Source: Chiloscyllium plagiosum
Lineage: Eukaryota
Length of the DNA: 60,066 nt
Reading direction: 5' to 3'
Assembly (NCBI RefSeq): GCF_004010195.1
Contig: NC_057718.1
Location: forward strand, 20,728,223-20,788,288
Notes under the pieces: generated by a model
Told to the model about the DNA's origin: nothing
Database searches by the model: none
The model's input: the letters and a program-made list of their open reading frames with translations, nothing else
Translations under genes and position numbers: made by a program
Part shown: one piece after another, positions 1 to 12,820 of the stretch
Numbering within the stretch: position 1 is the stretch's first letter
Layout: each line of letters starts with the position of its first letter

Positions 1-428
1 GACCACAGGCCAACTCAGAAAACCCTATCCTAAGTAGTATGTGACTGCTTACAGGTACAAAGAATCCAGGTAGCTTAACACAATGTCTTCAGTTCTGTCT
101 CCAGCTCATAAATCCTAAGCTGAACTTCAAACAGATGGTGCACTCCAAAGCTGAGGCCAAGAAAGGGATAGAGACAGAGAAAGAGGAGAATGAGCAAGGA
201 ATTTAGGACAAAACAAGGATGTTGAAATGGGTTGGGAGTGTGAGGAACGTAATTGCATGGAACTTAATATCTTAGCAGTTTCTAACAAATTGGAGTTAAG
301 GATTATTATAATACTTTAGTCTGGGGACCGTAAAGACATACTACAGTAGTCGAACTAGCGGCCAATAATATGGATGTGGATGTAGTATGGATAATGATTT
401 GCTTCAGTTAGAGCAATAGATCTCAAAA

Positions 429-789
429 TGTGGTTTACAGACCACTCGTGGCCCATGAGAATCCACCAGGGGGTCCATAAACTAATTAAAGTAATGGTTG
501 AGGTATCAGGTCGAAACACTCATATCACTATTTGCAGACTGTTTCACAACCAGACTGGGTCCCGTGTGTGTACAGTGTTAGGCATCACAAGTGCCAGCAT
601 AGCTTTTGAAGCAAGATTACGTTACATGACGCGCACAATTGCGCAATTGGATTTTCAACATTTGTGGGCTGCAAACAAAGAACAACTGCCGGAATGTGGT
701 ATTAACATTTTTCTAGTTGAATTTTATCACAAGAAAAAAATGGGGTACGAGAGACAGGTGATCCCCAGATGAAAAGTTTGAAAACCACA
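429..789. mobile_element. Putative non-autonomous hAT-type DNA transposon (MITE), decayed
   Basis: Imperfect terminal inverted repeats tgtggtttacagac (429-442) and gtttgaaaaccaca (776-789), 12/14 match, resembling CAGTGGTTTTCAAAC hAT ends. Subterminal ggggtcc/ggggtac motifs present. No clean 8-bp TSD. Confidence 0.45.
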
Positions 790-1217
790 GAGTAACAAAG
801 TATGGTTAGTAAAGGGAGGTCTTCCAGAGGTTGTATTTTATCATTTTGTGGAATACGTGGCACAAATGTCCCGGATACTGTCAGTCATTAGCCACACAGT
901 TTGAAAAAGATCCATCTCCTAAATGTACTTATAATTTGAGGAGAGCAATTATACTTGGACAATAACGCCCTTAATTCCATCTAATCCGTTATTCCTATGA
1001 ACTTTTTAGGCTCATGACTACTTGGACAGTCATGCTAGATGCTGAAGATAAAAACAAAATGATTCTCAAAAAATACTTTGGCTCATTTTAAAATAATACT
1101 AATATTTTATTGCAAATTTAAATATTACTTTTAAAAATCTCATTTTAATACAGCATGAATCATATCAACACAAAACTACTGCTGCTCATTACACAGCTTT
1201 TCAGTTTGAGTTTTCAC

Positions 1218-1223
1218 TTTATT
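1218..1223 (-). promoter_or_regulatory. Probable polyadenylation signal (AATAAA) of SLC30A6, implying a ~1.3 kb 3' UTR
   Basis: tttatt on + at 1218-1223 reads AATAAA on the coding strand, ~1.26 kb past the stop codon, at the end of an AT-rich stretch with no recognisable repeats. Alternative hexamers occur near 1106 and 2063. Confidence 0.55.
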
Positions 1224-2483
1224 GATCAATATAACAGTAACACATAACAAAACATACAATCTTTACCATGCTTCAGTTATAACTGAACCAGCATTGTTTT
1301 TGAGAAATATCTGGTTTTGTACATTTTGGTGACAAATATACCACATATCTATATTAATAGTGAAAGCAACAGCATATATTTATAATAAGAGCTGTTATAG
1401 CAATAGTATTTAAATACAAAATATTTTCATGTATATTTCTCTAGAAAAGCCCTGAACAAAATGATCATCTGTACAGTTTATACAGTTTGTTTCTCATAAC
1501 ACAGGAATGAAGGTTTTATCTAAGAGATATTTACAGTGACAGTCCAGTACTTATAATGAATATAACCAGACAGCAAAATCAAAACTGACTAATTATACTT
1601 GAATACCTGAAGGAACTTCTGCACATAATGCATGGATACCCTGGGTTCAGAAACAGAGCTACATGGACCGTTCTTCCCTGAAAGTCAATCTATTCACCCA
1701 AATGGATGGCTGGTTTGCCTCCAAAGCAAGAATATGTAACTTTAAACTTCATTAACACTGAAAGCAATAAGATTGTTATTTTCCTGTGTGAATTAATATG
1801 TCATATTCATTTCTTCAAATGGGTTAAATTTCATTGGCACTGTAAATGTTAAAGTCTTGCAATGCTCGTTACAGTACATATGAAATGGATCTGCAAACTT
1901 TGAAACAGGCATCACAGGCAGAGTAAGTGACCGAGTTGCTGCAGTGCTTCAAAAAGGCATTTACATTACTCAATGAGGTCACCTGAACAATTAAAACGTC
2001 CCCCAGTGATATTGAGTCCACGATACTTGCTCATGGACCACAGTTCCTCAAAGGTCGGAAATTTTATTTAATTAGAAGCATTAAATCAAGAGAAGAGGTC
2101 CATTAATTTGTCAGTAGGATACTATCTTTCATAGTCTGATGGTCAAATATATGGAGACGTATTTTAGGGAATTTCTAGACCATCCTTGGCAAAGTACTTT
2201 TTTTCTAAGCACTTTGAAAAGAATACATAAATATTTCAGAAAGTAAATAACCTCTTTTTAATGTAATACATTCCACATATATTTGGAATTTGTAAATGCA
2301 TGATTTTAAGCAAAGATATTAAGAACATAAAATATGACAGAAATGATCTCACCTAGTCTATGGAGGTAATAACACAAACCTATATGATCCCCAATGTAAA
2401 AAAAAAGTTCCTCACCTAAAAATTTTAATTTAAGAGGAACTAACTTAAAGCATACCTTTGCATCATGCACCACTGCAATGTAC

Positions 2484-2993
2484 TTATGACCTGAACTGGT
2501 TAAGATGACCTTGAGTGCCTGTTCCATATCTAGTTGGAATATTAAACAATCCAGTTCTGAATCCCTGAGTCATTCCTGTTGCAGGTCTCCCAATGCTATG
2601 GGGAGCACCTCCATATGAAACAATTCCATAATTGAGACCTAAGCCATAAGGTCTATTTGGTGGGGCAGTTGGTAGGATGACTGGGTTGATGTTCTTGCCT
2701 GGTGTGTTGAAGGAAAATTCAGGAGGAGGACTGGATGGTTTTGCTGGGGTAGAGGTGATTGGGTTCATGTCATCCATAGGTTTGACAGCTGGAACTGGTG
2801 CAATATTGGCATGGTCCAAGGGATTCAGTATATTGCTCGGGATTGATCCTGTAACCAGTAACGGTCGAACCCAATCATCCTTAAATATCTGAACAGTTAA
2901 AGTTTTAACAAGTGTGGATAGGCGGTTGGTCACATGGGCCAGCACCAACTGTTCATTTGCATCTCTCCTGATCCGGACGTGTACAGAGCCAGC
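2484..2993 (-). CDS. SLC30A6: SLC30A6 (ZnT6) terminal coding exon, cytosolic C-terminal domain and Pro-rich tail
   Basis: Acceptor tttag| at 2995-2994, phase 0. Translates AGSVHVRIRRDANEQLVLAHVTNRL...VQIFKDDW...TSTPAKPSSPPPEFSFNTPGKN...FRS*, with TAA at 2486-2484. Matches the vertebrate ZnT6 C-terminus as recalled. Confidence 0.96.
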   Translation of the reverse strand, partial: AGSVHVRIRRDANEQLVLAHVTNRLSTLVKTLTVQIFKDDWVRPLLVTGSIPSNILNPLDHANIAPVPAVKPMDDMNPITSTPAKPSSPPPEFSFNTPGKNINPVILPTAPPNRPYGLGLNYGIVSYGGAPHSIGRPATGMTQGFRTGLFNIPTRYGTGTQGHLNQFRS

Positions 2994-4317
2994 CTAAAGA
3001 GGATAAAAGCAAAACCTTTTTAAAAATATGTTCCAACTCTAATGAGAAAACTCAAATCTTTTAAAAGTTCAATCAGGATCTGAAGGAACGGAGATTTCTG
3101 GTAAAACCTTGCAATCAATTAATAAAAGTTCCATTCAATACATTAACCAGCTTTACATCTTATAAGCCATTTCCAGCATTGCCTATTTTTGCTTAAATGC
3201 GCAGAATTACTTCTTATGCAGTGCGTCTCATCTTTTCAAAACCCATTTAAAAGTTATGGAGGATAGACAACAAAATCAGCGCACAGAATACAATGCCTCA
3301 TTCCTGAGGAAACATCATTAGTCATTCAGATCGAATTAGCTTGGTAGAATAGCCTTGCTATTTTGTACACTGAATATCTTTAGCAGGTCCTTAATGTGTC
3401 AATTTTCTAAAGATGTCAGTTTGTGCCTGAATTTGAAAATAAGACACAGGTAGTGCTGCATATTTATTATTCTTCATTATTCCAATTTTAGTTTTAAAAT
3501 GCTTCCCTTGGTTGGTTGCCATAAATATTAAAGGTGAAAAATTGAGGGACTTGTAACAGAAACCAATCAGTTACTGCCAATCAGATTTTGCTCACCAGTT
3601 AGAAACCTTCTATTTTGTACTTGGATGTGAATTATTATACTGCAGTTTAGGGCTCAATCTTTCCTTATGTAAGATTGAAAAATCAGAACAGCTTAAAAAG
3701 ATAGAATGGAAACAATACTCCTTTAAAAGTTGACCAGAGAAATCTATGAGAATCAAAGACCCACGTCACCCATGTTCTGCCAGAGTTACTTGGAATTTTT
3801 AGCCACCCTGAGAAAGTGGATGGTTATGGCGCTGGGGCTGGAAGCAATGGGTAAAGGGAAAGAATTTAACGGTGAAAACCTGCATTACAAATTCTATAAC
3901 TCAGACTTTTAACTTAACTGCTTTGGAAGTCACTTCAACAGATTTAAGCAGGGAGCTTCAGATTTAGATTTTTGTGGCAAAATGTGCACCTAATTTAAGC
4001 CATTTTTAAGTGATTGATTACTAAATCTACATAGAAATGTGACAGGTTGCTGTCATTGATCGGGCACAGCTTCAGCTTTGTGTTGTATAGTTTTAAGCAA
4101 CCCAATGGGCCTTTATTGAAGAATGCTTACTATCCAAACACTTGTTTTGTGAGCTAACAACATCATAAGCACAGTAGGAATCAGCAGACTTCAACAAAGT
4201 CTGAAGAGAGAGCAAAATAAATTTGATATCACAATAGGGTAATAATGTAATAAAAGACAAACTCCTCCCTGTTGCCAACATTGTAGGACTGTGCACAACA
4301 AATTTGATTTCTTAGTA

Positions 4318-5245
4318 CCAAAAACAGAAATTGCTGGAATAACAGTTGCTGAGTAGCACAGTGGCTCAGCGGTGAGCACTGCTGCCTCACAGCCAGGGAC
4401 CAAGTTTGATTCCAAGCTCAGACGACTATCTGCGTTGAGCTGGCACATTCTCCCTGGTTCTGAATGGATTTCCTCTGGGTGCACCGGTTTCCTCCCACAG
4501 GATAAAGACATGCAGGTTAGGTAGATTGGCCATGCCAAATTACCCTGGAGTGTCCAGGGATGTGCAGGCTAGGTGGGTTGATCTTTGGAGGGGCAGTGTG
4601 GTATTGATTGGTCTAATGGCCTCTTTCCACACAACAGGGATTCTATGAATTTTAAGAACTCAGCAGGTCTGCAGCATCTGTAGAGAGAAAGCAGAGTTAA
4701 TGTTTCAGTTCCAGTGACCTTTCTTCAGAACTGATTTCAGCTAGGAAAAGTTTGGTACATACGCTAAAGATGGTGTGGAGGAAGCAGGGAGGGGAAAGTG
4801 ATAGATGGTGATAGAGCTAGAGAGAGAGATAAAAACAGTTGGGCAGATAAAGGAGTGGGTAAAGGTCAGCCTGGGAAATCAATAGCTGCAAATGGGGCCA
4901 ATTAGTGACTACGAATGAGTTGTTTTTGGTGATACACAAGTCTGGTGTGTGGGGGTTAGGTTAAGGGCATGAGAGAAGATGCTTAGGCCCTAAAATGTTG
5001 GAACTTGACACTGAGTTCTGAAGGATGCAGCATCCCCAGGCAGAAAATGCGCTTGCACTGACTTTGCTTGAGCACTGCAGCAAACTTGAGACAGAGATAG
5101 TGGCCAGAGAATACAGTGGCATGATGAAGCAGCAGGCAACAGGAAGTTCAGGGCCATTTATGCAGACAGAATGTAAAGCTGTTGCCCAGTCTGTATTTTC
5201 TCTCCCCAACGTAGAGCAGACAACATTGTGAGCAGTGAATACAGT
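4318..5245 (-). mobile_element. Penelope-like element 3' fragment (GIY-YIG remnant plus pLTR with degenerate hammerhead), interrupted by a SINE
   Basis: Minus strand reads CIHCSQCCLLYVGE (~5200-5245) and IFCLGMLHPSEL (~5010-5050), typical of PLE GIY-YIG. Hammerhead-like agtt-CTGAAGA-aaggtcactggaact-GAAA-catt-aact at 4695-4732. Confidence 0.75.
4352..4648 (+). mobile_element. HE1-type tRNA-derived SINE, old copy, inserted in PLE tail
   Basis: gcacagtggctcagcggtgagcactgctgcctcacagcc head, central ggtttcctcccaca/ggccatgc block and CR1-like tail ending ctatga. Homologous to the copy at 38221-38559. Confidence 0.85.
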
Positions 5246-5389
5246 TGCTAAATTGAGTATTGCAAGGTTCTACACAAAGCCATGATCTGACAAACAGCTA
5301 CATGACAATGAGTAGACAAGACAATTTTTAAAACAAACGTACTTTGGCTTAGGTATAAACATTGATCAGGCCAAAAGACAGGCCATCCT

Positions 5390-5602
5390 TTCTATTTAGT
5401 GAATTGTTCCGCAAAATCTTTTATGTCTACATAAGAAAGATGTGCTTTGGCATGAAATCCCACCTAAAGCACAGCATCTCTAATGGTGCAGCACTTCCTC
5501 AGCATAACAATGGAGAACTGTATCAGTCTATATTTCTATGCTCTATAGTGTGACTTGACTTTACAGCCTTCAGTTACCAGGGTAAGTGTGCTGCCGCTGA
5601 CC
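5390..5602 (-). mobile_element. Decayed Deu-domain SINE (SacSINE1/AmnSINE1-like)
   Basis: acagcatctctaatggtgcagcacttcctcagca is the reverse complement of the Deu core (ctgagggagtgctgca...ggaggtgc.gt). A tRNA-like head remnant lies at ~5550-5600. Confidence 0.55.
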
Positions 5603-6660
5603 AGAGTATAAAAGGTATTTACATAAATACAATAAATGAAAAAAAAGACAGATATTAAACAAACCAAGCAGTAATGGATATTAAAATTATTTTCAGCATT
5701 TCTACCTGGCCAAATAGCTTTAAAACAACAGATACATCCACAGCAGTGACATAAAGATGCCTTATTTGTATAACAAATTATATTTAGGTGTTAATGACAA
5801 TCTTGGTCAGTGACCTGGATGTTAATTGAAGTTGCCAAAAGCCTTTTAATATTGGACTTGTTCCAAATTTTGTTCCACGGTTGATATCATCCCATTCAAC
5901 AATCCTGAACTATCCAGCTGATCCATGACTGTCCTCAGAACAAGGCTCCAGCTGTTCAGTATATGAGTCTTTAGCAATGACCGTTGTTTACATTGTTGTA
6001 ATCCTTAAATCCAGATCTTAGTGGGGCACATTAAATACAGTATATTAATGTGGAGCACTCAGATCATATGATTAAAATCCAATGGAAATTTCAACTTCAA
6101 TCTAGTTACTGTCTTTGTTACCATTATGACTCTCATCTGACATGGTCAAAGAGATTGCACAATCTTTTATGTATGTGTATTGGCCATTATTGGAATGAGC
6201 TTATGGTATTTCTGTCTGCCTTTATTTTAAATACTGAATAGCCAGGAATAACAGCTTTGGATGTTAAATTTTTGAACAATAAAAGACTAACTATATAAAA
6301 AAAAGTAATGATTGGGTGACATTGCAGTGCATGCTGATTACAGGGAGGATTCACACTTACGGAAGGATACACGAAATGACATATTTGAAGGGTCCAGAAA
6401 CAAAGATGAAAGATGATTATCTGAAGTTCTTGAACACAGTGCTGAATTTTGGCAAGGAAAAAAATTAGAAATGCTAGGGGTAACTCTGCCACTTATTTAT
6501 TGCAATCACAATTATTGTATTTATGTAAATACCTTTTATACTCTGGTCAGCCTACAAAACTGATCAGGCCAATTTAAATGCAAGTTAAAAGCCTCAAGCA
6601 TGAGTTTCTGCAATTTTTTTAAACTATGCTCCTTCAAGACCAGTTCAATCAAATCAGGAA

Positions 6661-6830
6661 TAAAAACAGAAAATATTAGAAACATACATCAGGTCTGGCA
6701 GCATCTGTGGAGAAATAAGCAGTTAACATTTTAGGTTGATGCCATTTATCAGAACTATTTGGAATGTTAACTCAATTTCACTCTGCACATATGTTGTCAG
6801 AACTGAATATTTCTACCATTTTCTATTCTA
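6661..6830. mobile_element. Old head-to-head pair of PLE pLTR remnants
   Basis: caggtctggcagcatctgtggag...gttaacatt...atcagaact followed by the inverted aatgttaactc...ctctgcacatatgttgtcaga. Same family as 4655-4732. Confidence 0.5.
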
Positions 6831-6927
6831 AGATTTCTGGCAACAGTGACATTGTGTTTTTGAATCAGTTAAATCAGGTCTTAACCACAGATTGCCTACA
6901 TACCCAGATGATCAAAATAGAGTGTCA

Positions 6928-7770
6928 ACGTTGTCAACAATGCCCTCCAGCACACCACCTCCACTTCCCGCACCTCTACCCTTGAACCCCACCCCTCCAA
7001 CCACAACAAGGGCAGAACCACCCAGTCCTCACCTTCCACCCCACCAATCTCCAGATACAATGCATCATCCTCCACTATTTCCACTACCTACAAACAGACC
7101 CCATCACCAGAGGTATATTTCCCTCCCCATCACTATCAGCATTCTGCAGAGACCACTCCCTCTGTGACTCCCTTGTTAGGTTCCCACCCCCCACCAATGC
7201 ATCCTCCATTCCTGGCACCTTCCCTTGCCACCGCAAGAGGTATAAATCTTGCACCCCTCCCCACTCACCTCCATCCAAGGCCGCAAAGGATCCTTCCACA
7301 TCAGACAGAGATTTTCCTGCAACTCCAAGCACCTCAGCTCTGTGTCTGTTGCTCTCGATATGGTCTCCTCTACATTGGGAAGACAGGATGCCAACTTGCG
7401 GAATGGTTCAGAGGCCATCTCAGGGACACATGCTCCCAACAACCTCACTGCCCTGTGGCCGACCACTTCAACTCCCCTACCCCCACTTTTTCACAGATCC
7501 AACCCTTCAACTCAGCACCGCCCTCTTGAACTATCCTACCTGCCCATTTTCCTTCTCACCTATCTGCTCCACCTTCCCCTCTGACCTATCATCATCACCC
7601 TACTTTCATGTACCTATCGCCTTCCATGCATCTTCCTTCTCCCTAGCCCCAACCCTCTCCCATTTATCTCTCTGCAACCCCCATTTCCGATGAAGAGCTT
7701 ATGCCCGAAACATCGACTTTCCTGCTCCTGCTGACTGACCTACTGTGCTTTTCCAGTGCCACACTTTTTG
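6928..7770 (+). mobile_element. 5'-truncated Penelope-like element (linker plus GIY-YIG remnant, pLTR), with 14-bp TSD
   Basis: TSD aaaatagagtgtca at 6914-6927 and 7771-7784. Remnant peptides VLTFHPTNLQIQCIILHYF...SAFCRDHSLCDSLVR and CSRYGLLYIGKTGCQLAEWFRGH. Degenerate hammerhead ccgatga-agagcttatgccc-gaaa-catc at ~7687-7714. Confidence 0.88.
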
Positions 7771-7939
7771 AAAATAGAGTGTCAGTTCAATTTTGGGTTC
7801 AGGAAAACTCTTCCACCTGTTATAAATTCCTTAGCTACACAGAAACTAGTTGGCATGATTTTAATTGTTTTTATATCACAAACATTTAGTTCACTAATAA
7901 ACTGACCAGAAGGCCAGTTGGTGAGTGTGCATGGCACCT

Positions 7940-8545
7940 GATCGTTGAGTAAATATCCTCCAAGGCAGCCTTTGAGACACACAAAAGCAGAATTGCCAAA
8001 CAGAAACTGATAGCCAAGTTCCGTACCCATGAGGACTGCCTCAGGTGTGATTTTGGATTTACGTTGCGCCAAATGTAACTCCATCATAGTGTTCTATATT
8101 TGTAACATCTTCCTTACTGTCCTGTTTTGACACCATCATCTTGATAGCATATTATGAACTCTTTACCCTAATTAGTTTGCACAGGGTTGGATTATGTATT
8201 ACTTTGGTTAGTCCAGCTGCATGCAACTCTTACACCTGTCATGTTATTCCAGCCATTTGGTTTGTCTCCAGCACAATCTTATTTTTATTTTTTTTGTAAT
8301 TATCTCTCTGCTTCAATCAATTGGATCATAGATCATCCCTTGCTATTCAGCTGCTGACACTTTTGATCACCTGAAGAGACCTATAATTCAGCCTGTCGAC
8401 ACTCCACTCACACCAGTTGTACAAGCTTTTGATTTCTTTGCCTATCATTCTGTCCCTTCACTGTTCGTGATGAAGGAGCAGCATACCAAAAGCTCGTGAT
8501 TTCAAATAAACCTGTTGGACTATAACCTGGTGTCATGTGACTTCG
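7940..8545 (+). mobile_element. Penelope-like element, second family, 3' fragment
   Basis: Remnant IAKQKLIAKFRTHEDCL..DFGF (GIY-YIG C-terminus, ~7990-8060). Ends in tgatgaaggagcagc...aaagct and aaataaacctgttggactataacctggtgt, shared with the 48184, 48885 and 51531 copies. Confidence 0.72.
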
Positions 8546-8924
8546 GACCATTAAAACAGCAACAGTATGGGCTCGATCTTCACTGTAGCAGAGGTAGACT
8601 TGGAATCTACCCGTTTGCCTTGTGTCTAAATGGAAGGCAATGGCAAACCACAACTAGCAAAAAGAAACTGCTAACAGCTCAGTATGAAGCATTAGCAGAC
8701 ACTGAGCTAAGCACCTGTCTTTGCATGGAGCAAAGAAATCTGAATAGTATACATTGAAAGTATTACATGTTTCAAAGTATTAGATAGACTTTTTAAAATC
8801 ACTCATTTTCAGTGACTTTAAGTCAGGTTACCTATATAGAGGTCTATTAGGCATTCTTGTTTTTTGTGATACAAATATTTAGTTTTATTAGCAAGAGGAA
8901 AGAACATGACTTAAATCTATCAAT

Positions 8925-9115
8925 CATAGAATCAAAGTACAGAAGGGGCCCTTCATCCCATGTCTGGACTGCCATAAATATATTACATATATTAGTCCCA
9001 CTTTCCTGCACTAGGCCCATAGCATTGAACGTCATGACACTTCAAGTGCTCGTCCAAGTACTTTTTAAAGGTTGTGAGGTTTGCTCCCTGAACTATTCTC
9101 CCAGACAGTGTATCC
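8925..9115 (-). mobile_element. CR1 LINE 3' end fragment, old
   Basis: tcatagaatc tail and cttcaagtgctcgtccaagtactttttaaagg, the reverse complement of the CR1 ORF2 end (FKKYLDEHL). Confidence 0.6.
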
Positions 9116-9309
9116 TGGTGCACTTTTTGTTACATTACAGAGTGGCTCATGATGGATTTTAGGTATGCAATTATAGAAAATTTGAACTATAACCTAAGCA
9201 ACACAATTTTATATTTTAGGAGTGCAAATTACATGTTATCAAAAATCCATAGTAATGGAAACGTGCAACTATTTTATCATGTTCCAGTTTCCAATGGTTT
9301 CCTCAGAGC

Positions 9310-12258
9310 TAAGGAATATTATAGGTAAGACAGATGAGTCAAGGTTGTTGACCAACAGGTGGAATTGAGCTGCTTCTGTCATCGCAGAGACTTGATTGAA
9401 GAAAGAGCAAGACTGGCAACTCAACATTCTGAGATACGGGACCTTCTGGCATGAGAGGAGAGGGTGTAAAAGAGGTGGTGGTGTCACATTATGAATTAAG
9501 GAGTGAGTTACTGCAGAAATGAGGAACAATATCTTGAAAGGGCCATCAAATTAGGCTTTTTAGGTTAAGCTTCGGAATAAAGAGTCCATTGCACCATAGG
9601 CCCACAAAGCCAATGAGGAATTAAGCAGTTATATGGACAATTTATTGTGGTGTGCAAAAATAATATAAGGTAATTACATTAGGGATTTCAACTATCCCAT
9701 AATTAATTTGAATAATCGTAGTATAAAGGGTTGAGAGGGCACAGATTTTGTGAAACGCACTCAACAGAGCTTTTTAATGTCTATAAGTAGAAGGGCTAAC
9801 AAGGTCTGGTGTTGTGCTGGACCTAATTCTGTTTTTTGAGGGGGCAGTGAACAGTATTTTGTGATAAAGACCAGTTCACCATAAGATTTACGTTTGTAAT
9901 GGAAAATTTAAAATATGGTCTGCAAAAAAAGTACAGCTCTGGATTTGGGGGGCGGGGGGGAAGCAGAGCTTATTGAAATAAGGCAGGATCTGGCCAAGGA
10001 CGACTGGGAATAACTACTTGAGGATAAATCTACAATGGAATAGTGGAAGCATTCAAAAAGGAATTGGGGAGATACAGGCCCAAAAATGTTCCCTTTACAG
10101 CAAAATGTAGGAGCAACAAGCAGATAAAACCCTTGATGTTGAGAAGGATTGAGACCTGGCTTAAAAAAGAAAGAGGGAGACATATAAAAGCTAAAATGAG
10201 AACAAATCAACAGAAATCCTAGTGTATTATAGAATACGTTGAGGAGAACTTAAGAAAGCAATTAGGTCGGCAATGTGGGCACAACCAATGGTGGGCAAGA
10301 TTAGGGAGAATCCCAAGATATTATACAAATACATAAAGGGAAAGAGAATAACTAGGCAAAGAGTAGGGCCCAAGGGGGAAACATGCGATTGGAGCCAGAG
10401 GATATTGATAGTGTTAAATGAGTACCCAGACATTTGCCTTCACTTGGGAGGAGGAGAGAGGGACAGGAAAATGGACTCTGAGGTTCTTAAGAGGATTGTT
10501 AAAGGGAGTGAAGAGGCATTGGCGATTTGGCTGGTTTAAAAGTGGCCAATATCTAAGCCCTGATGTGTTGTATCCCGGGCTGTGGTGGGAGACAAGTGCA
10601 GAAGTTATCAGGACCCTGATCTTGATTTTTAATTTTTCTCTGGCCACAAGGTAGGTGCCAGAGGACTAGAGCAAATGTGATTCCACTTTTCAAGAAGGGT
10701 AGTAGAGATAAACAATGGAATTACAGACCAGTGAGTCACGCATCAGTAGTAGGGAAACTATTACAGAAAATTAGATTAGATTAGATTAGAGTACTTACAG
10801 TGTGGAAACAGGCCCTTCCGCCCAACAGGTCCACACCGCCCTGCCGAAGCGCAACCCACCCATACCCCTACATTTACCCCTTACCTAACACTACAGGCAA
10901 TTTAGCATGGCCAATTCACCTGACATGCACATCTTTGTACTGTGGGAGGAAACCGGAGCACCCGGAGGAAACCCACGCAGACACGGGGAGAATGTGCGAA
11001 CTCCACACAGTCAGTGGCCTGAGGCAGGAATTGAACCCGGGTCTCTGGCGCTGTGAGGCAGCAGGGCTAACCACTGTAAAATTAATCTGAAGGGGAGAAT
11101 TAATCTCCATTTAGAGAGGCAAGATTCGATCAGGGATAGTCAGCAAGGTTTTGTCAGAGAGAGGTCATACCTAACAAATCTGGTTCAAATTTTGAGGTGG
11201 TCACTAAATCTGCAGACTCAAAATTGACTTAGTGGTAGGATACAGACGGTGGTGACAGAAGGCAGTTTGTGAGACTGGAGGTCAGTATCCAATGACATAC
11301 CAAAGGGATCAATGCTGAGCCCCTTATTTTTTGGCATACATTTGACAATAAAGACAGACATGTGGGAAGGATGATATGCAGGTTTGTGGATGACGTGAAT
11401 ATCGGCTGGATGGTTGACAGTGAGGAAGAAGGTCTTAGGTTACAGGAGGATATAAACAGATTTGTCGGATGGTCCGATCAGCGACAGATGAAATTAACCT
11501 AGATGAGTGTGAGGTGATGCACTTTGGAAGAAGAAACAGGACAAGTGAGTACTCAATGGTAGGATACGAAGAAGCTCAGACGAACTGAGGGATCTTGGGG
11601 TGCTGGTGCACAAAGTCATAAAGGTTGCTGTACAGCTTAATATGGTAGCTAAGATGACAAACGGGACATTTGCCTTTATCAGTCAAGGCATAGACTATAA
11701 GAGCAGAGAGGTATCACAGAGTGTACAGAATTTTGGTTAGGCCACAGCTGAGTAGTGTACAGTTCTGGTCCCTACACTATAGGAAGGATGTGATTGCATT
11801 AGAGGGGGTGCAGAGGAGATTCACAATATATTGCCTGGGATGGAAATCTTTAATTATGAAGAGAGGCTGGATAAGGTTAAGTTCTTTTCTTTAGAGTATA
11901 GAAGGTTGAGGAGGGAAATCTGACAGCAGGGATTAATATTGTGAGGGTCATGGATTGGATGGATAGAAAGCAGCTTAGCTGAAAGGTCACTAACAAGTGT
12001 CATATTTCTAGATTGGAAGGCAAGAGATTTAGAGGAGATTTGAGGAAAACCGTTTTCGCCCAGCTAGAGGGAATCTGAAATGCATGGCCTGGGAGGGTAG
12101 TAGAGATAAGTAACCTCATAACCTTTAAAGGGTATTTGGATGAGCATTTGAAAGGTCATAATAGGGCCAAAAGTTCGGGCCTAGTACTGGAAAGTGGGAC
12201 TAGTTTGGCAGTACAGACTCAATGGGCTGAAGGGTCTCTTCCTTAATGTGTCCTATGA
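9310..12258 (+). mobile_element. Decayed CR1/HER1 LINE spanning endonuclease to RT to 3' end
   Basis: Recognisable remnants IRENPKILYKYIKGKR, NYRPVS.TSVVGK, QGSMLSP, FVDD and RGDLR, with many stops and frameshifts. Colinear with the 43666-46822 copy. Confidence 0.88.
10771..11077 (-). mobile_element. HE1 SINE, young, inserted in CR1
   Basis: (TTAGA)n tail at 10771-10790 and B-box gggttcaattcc. Near-identical to 38221-38559. Flanking aaaatta repeated (10767-10773 / 11078-11084). Confidence 0.93.
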
Positions 12259-12489
12259 ATATTCTCCTGATCAGGCTAGTTGACTGCCTTCAAATCTGTA
12301 TGGATTTCCAATTTCCAAAAGAACATGCAAAGTGTTAACTGAGACTCTCCCTTCCAAGATTTGAAAAAAAAAACAAACAGGTTGGAAAATAGTAGCCAGA
12401 AACTATATCCTCCCTCTTCGCACCACCCAACAAACGAACAATCCACACAAAATATGATGGTCAAGCAAGATTGGTGTGTATTCTAAGGG

Positions 12490-12820
12490 GAACAGATGTT
12501 ATATTGTTCCAAGTCAAAGTGTTACGTAGCTTGGAGGGGAAATTGTAGGTGTTCCCAAACATTTGCTGTCCTTGATCTTCAAGTTGGTAGGAGCCACACG
12601 CATGGAAAGTGCTGCTGAAGCAGTCGACGTGATTTGCTACAGGACATCTTGTGGATAGTAAACACTGTTGCCACTATGCCTCAGTTATGTATGATGTACA
12701 TTTTTAAAGTTGTGGAAAGAATGCTGACCAAGCAGACTGTTTTGTCCTAAGTCGTGTGAAAACTGAATGCTGTCGGAGCTGCATTCATTCAGGGCAAGTG
12801 GAGGATGTTCCATTACATTT
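12490..12820 (-). mobile_element. L2/CR1-group LINE 3' ORF fragment
   Basis: Reverse-complement homology to 16550-16800 (gtgtttactatccacaagatgtcctgtagc...cagcactttccatgcgtgtgg). Confidence 0.6.

Noticed and set aside
428..772. 114-aa ORF on +
   Set aside because: No recognisable protein motif, and it lies within a probable non-autonomous DNA transposon.
2677..2892. 71-aa Gly-rich ORF on +
   Set aside because: Antisense shadow of the Pro-rich SLC30A6 terminal exon.
6892..7693. Cluster of overlapping Pro/His-rich ORFs
   Set aside because: Alternative frames of a C-rich, frameshifted Penelope-like fragment bounded by a TSD.
10800..11090. Recurrent ORF MWKQAL...CGRKPEHPEETHADTGRMC (also 17466, 38459, 51834)
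   Set aside because: Antisense translation of HE1 SINE copies, not a gene family.
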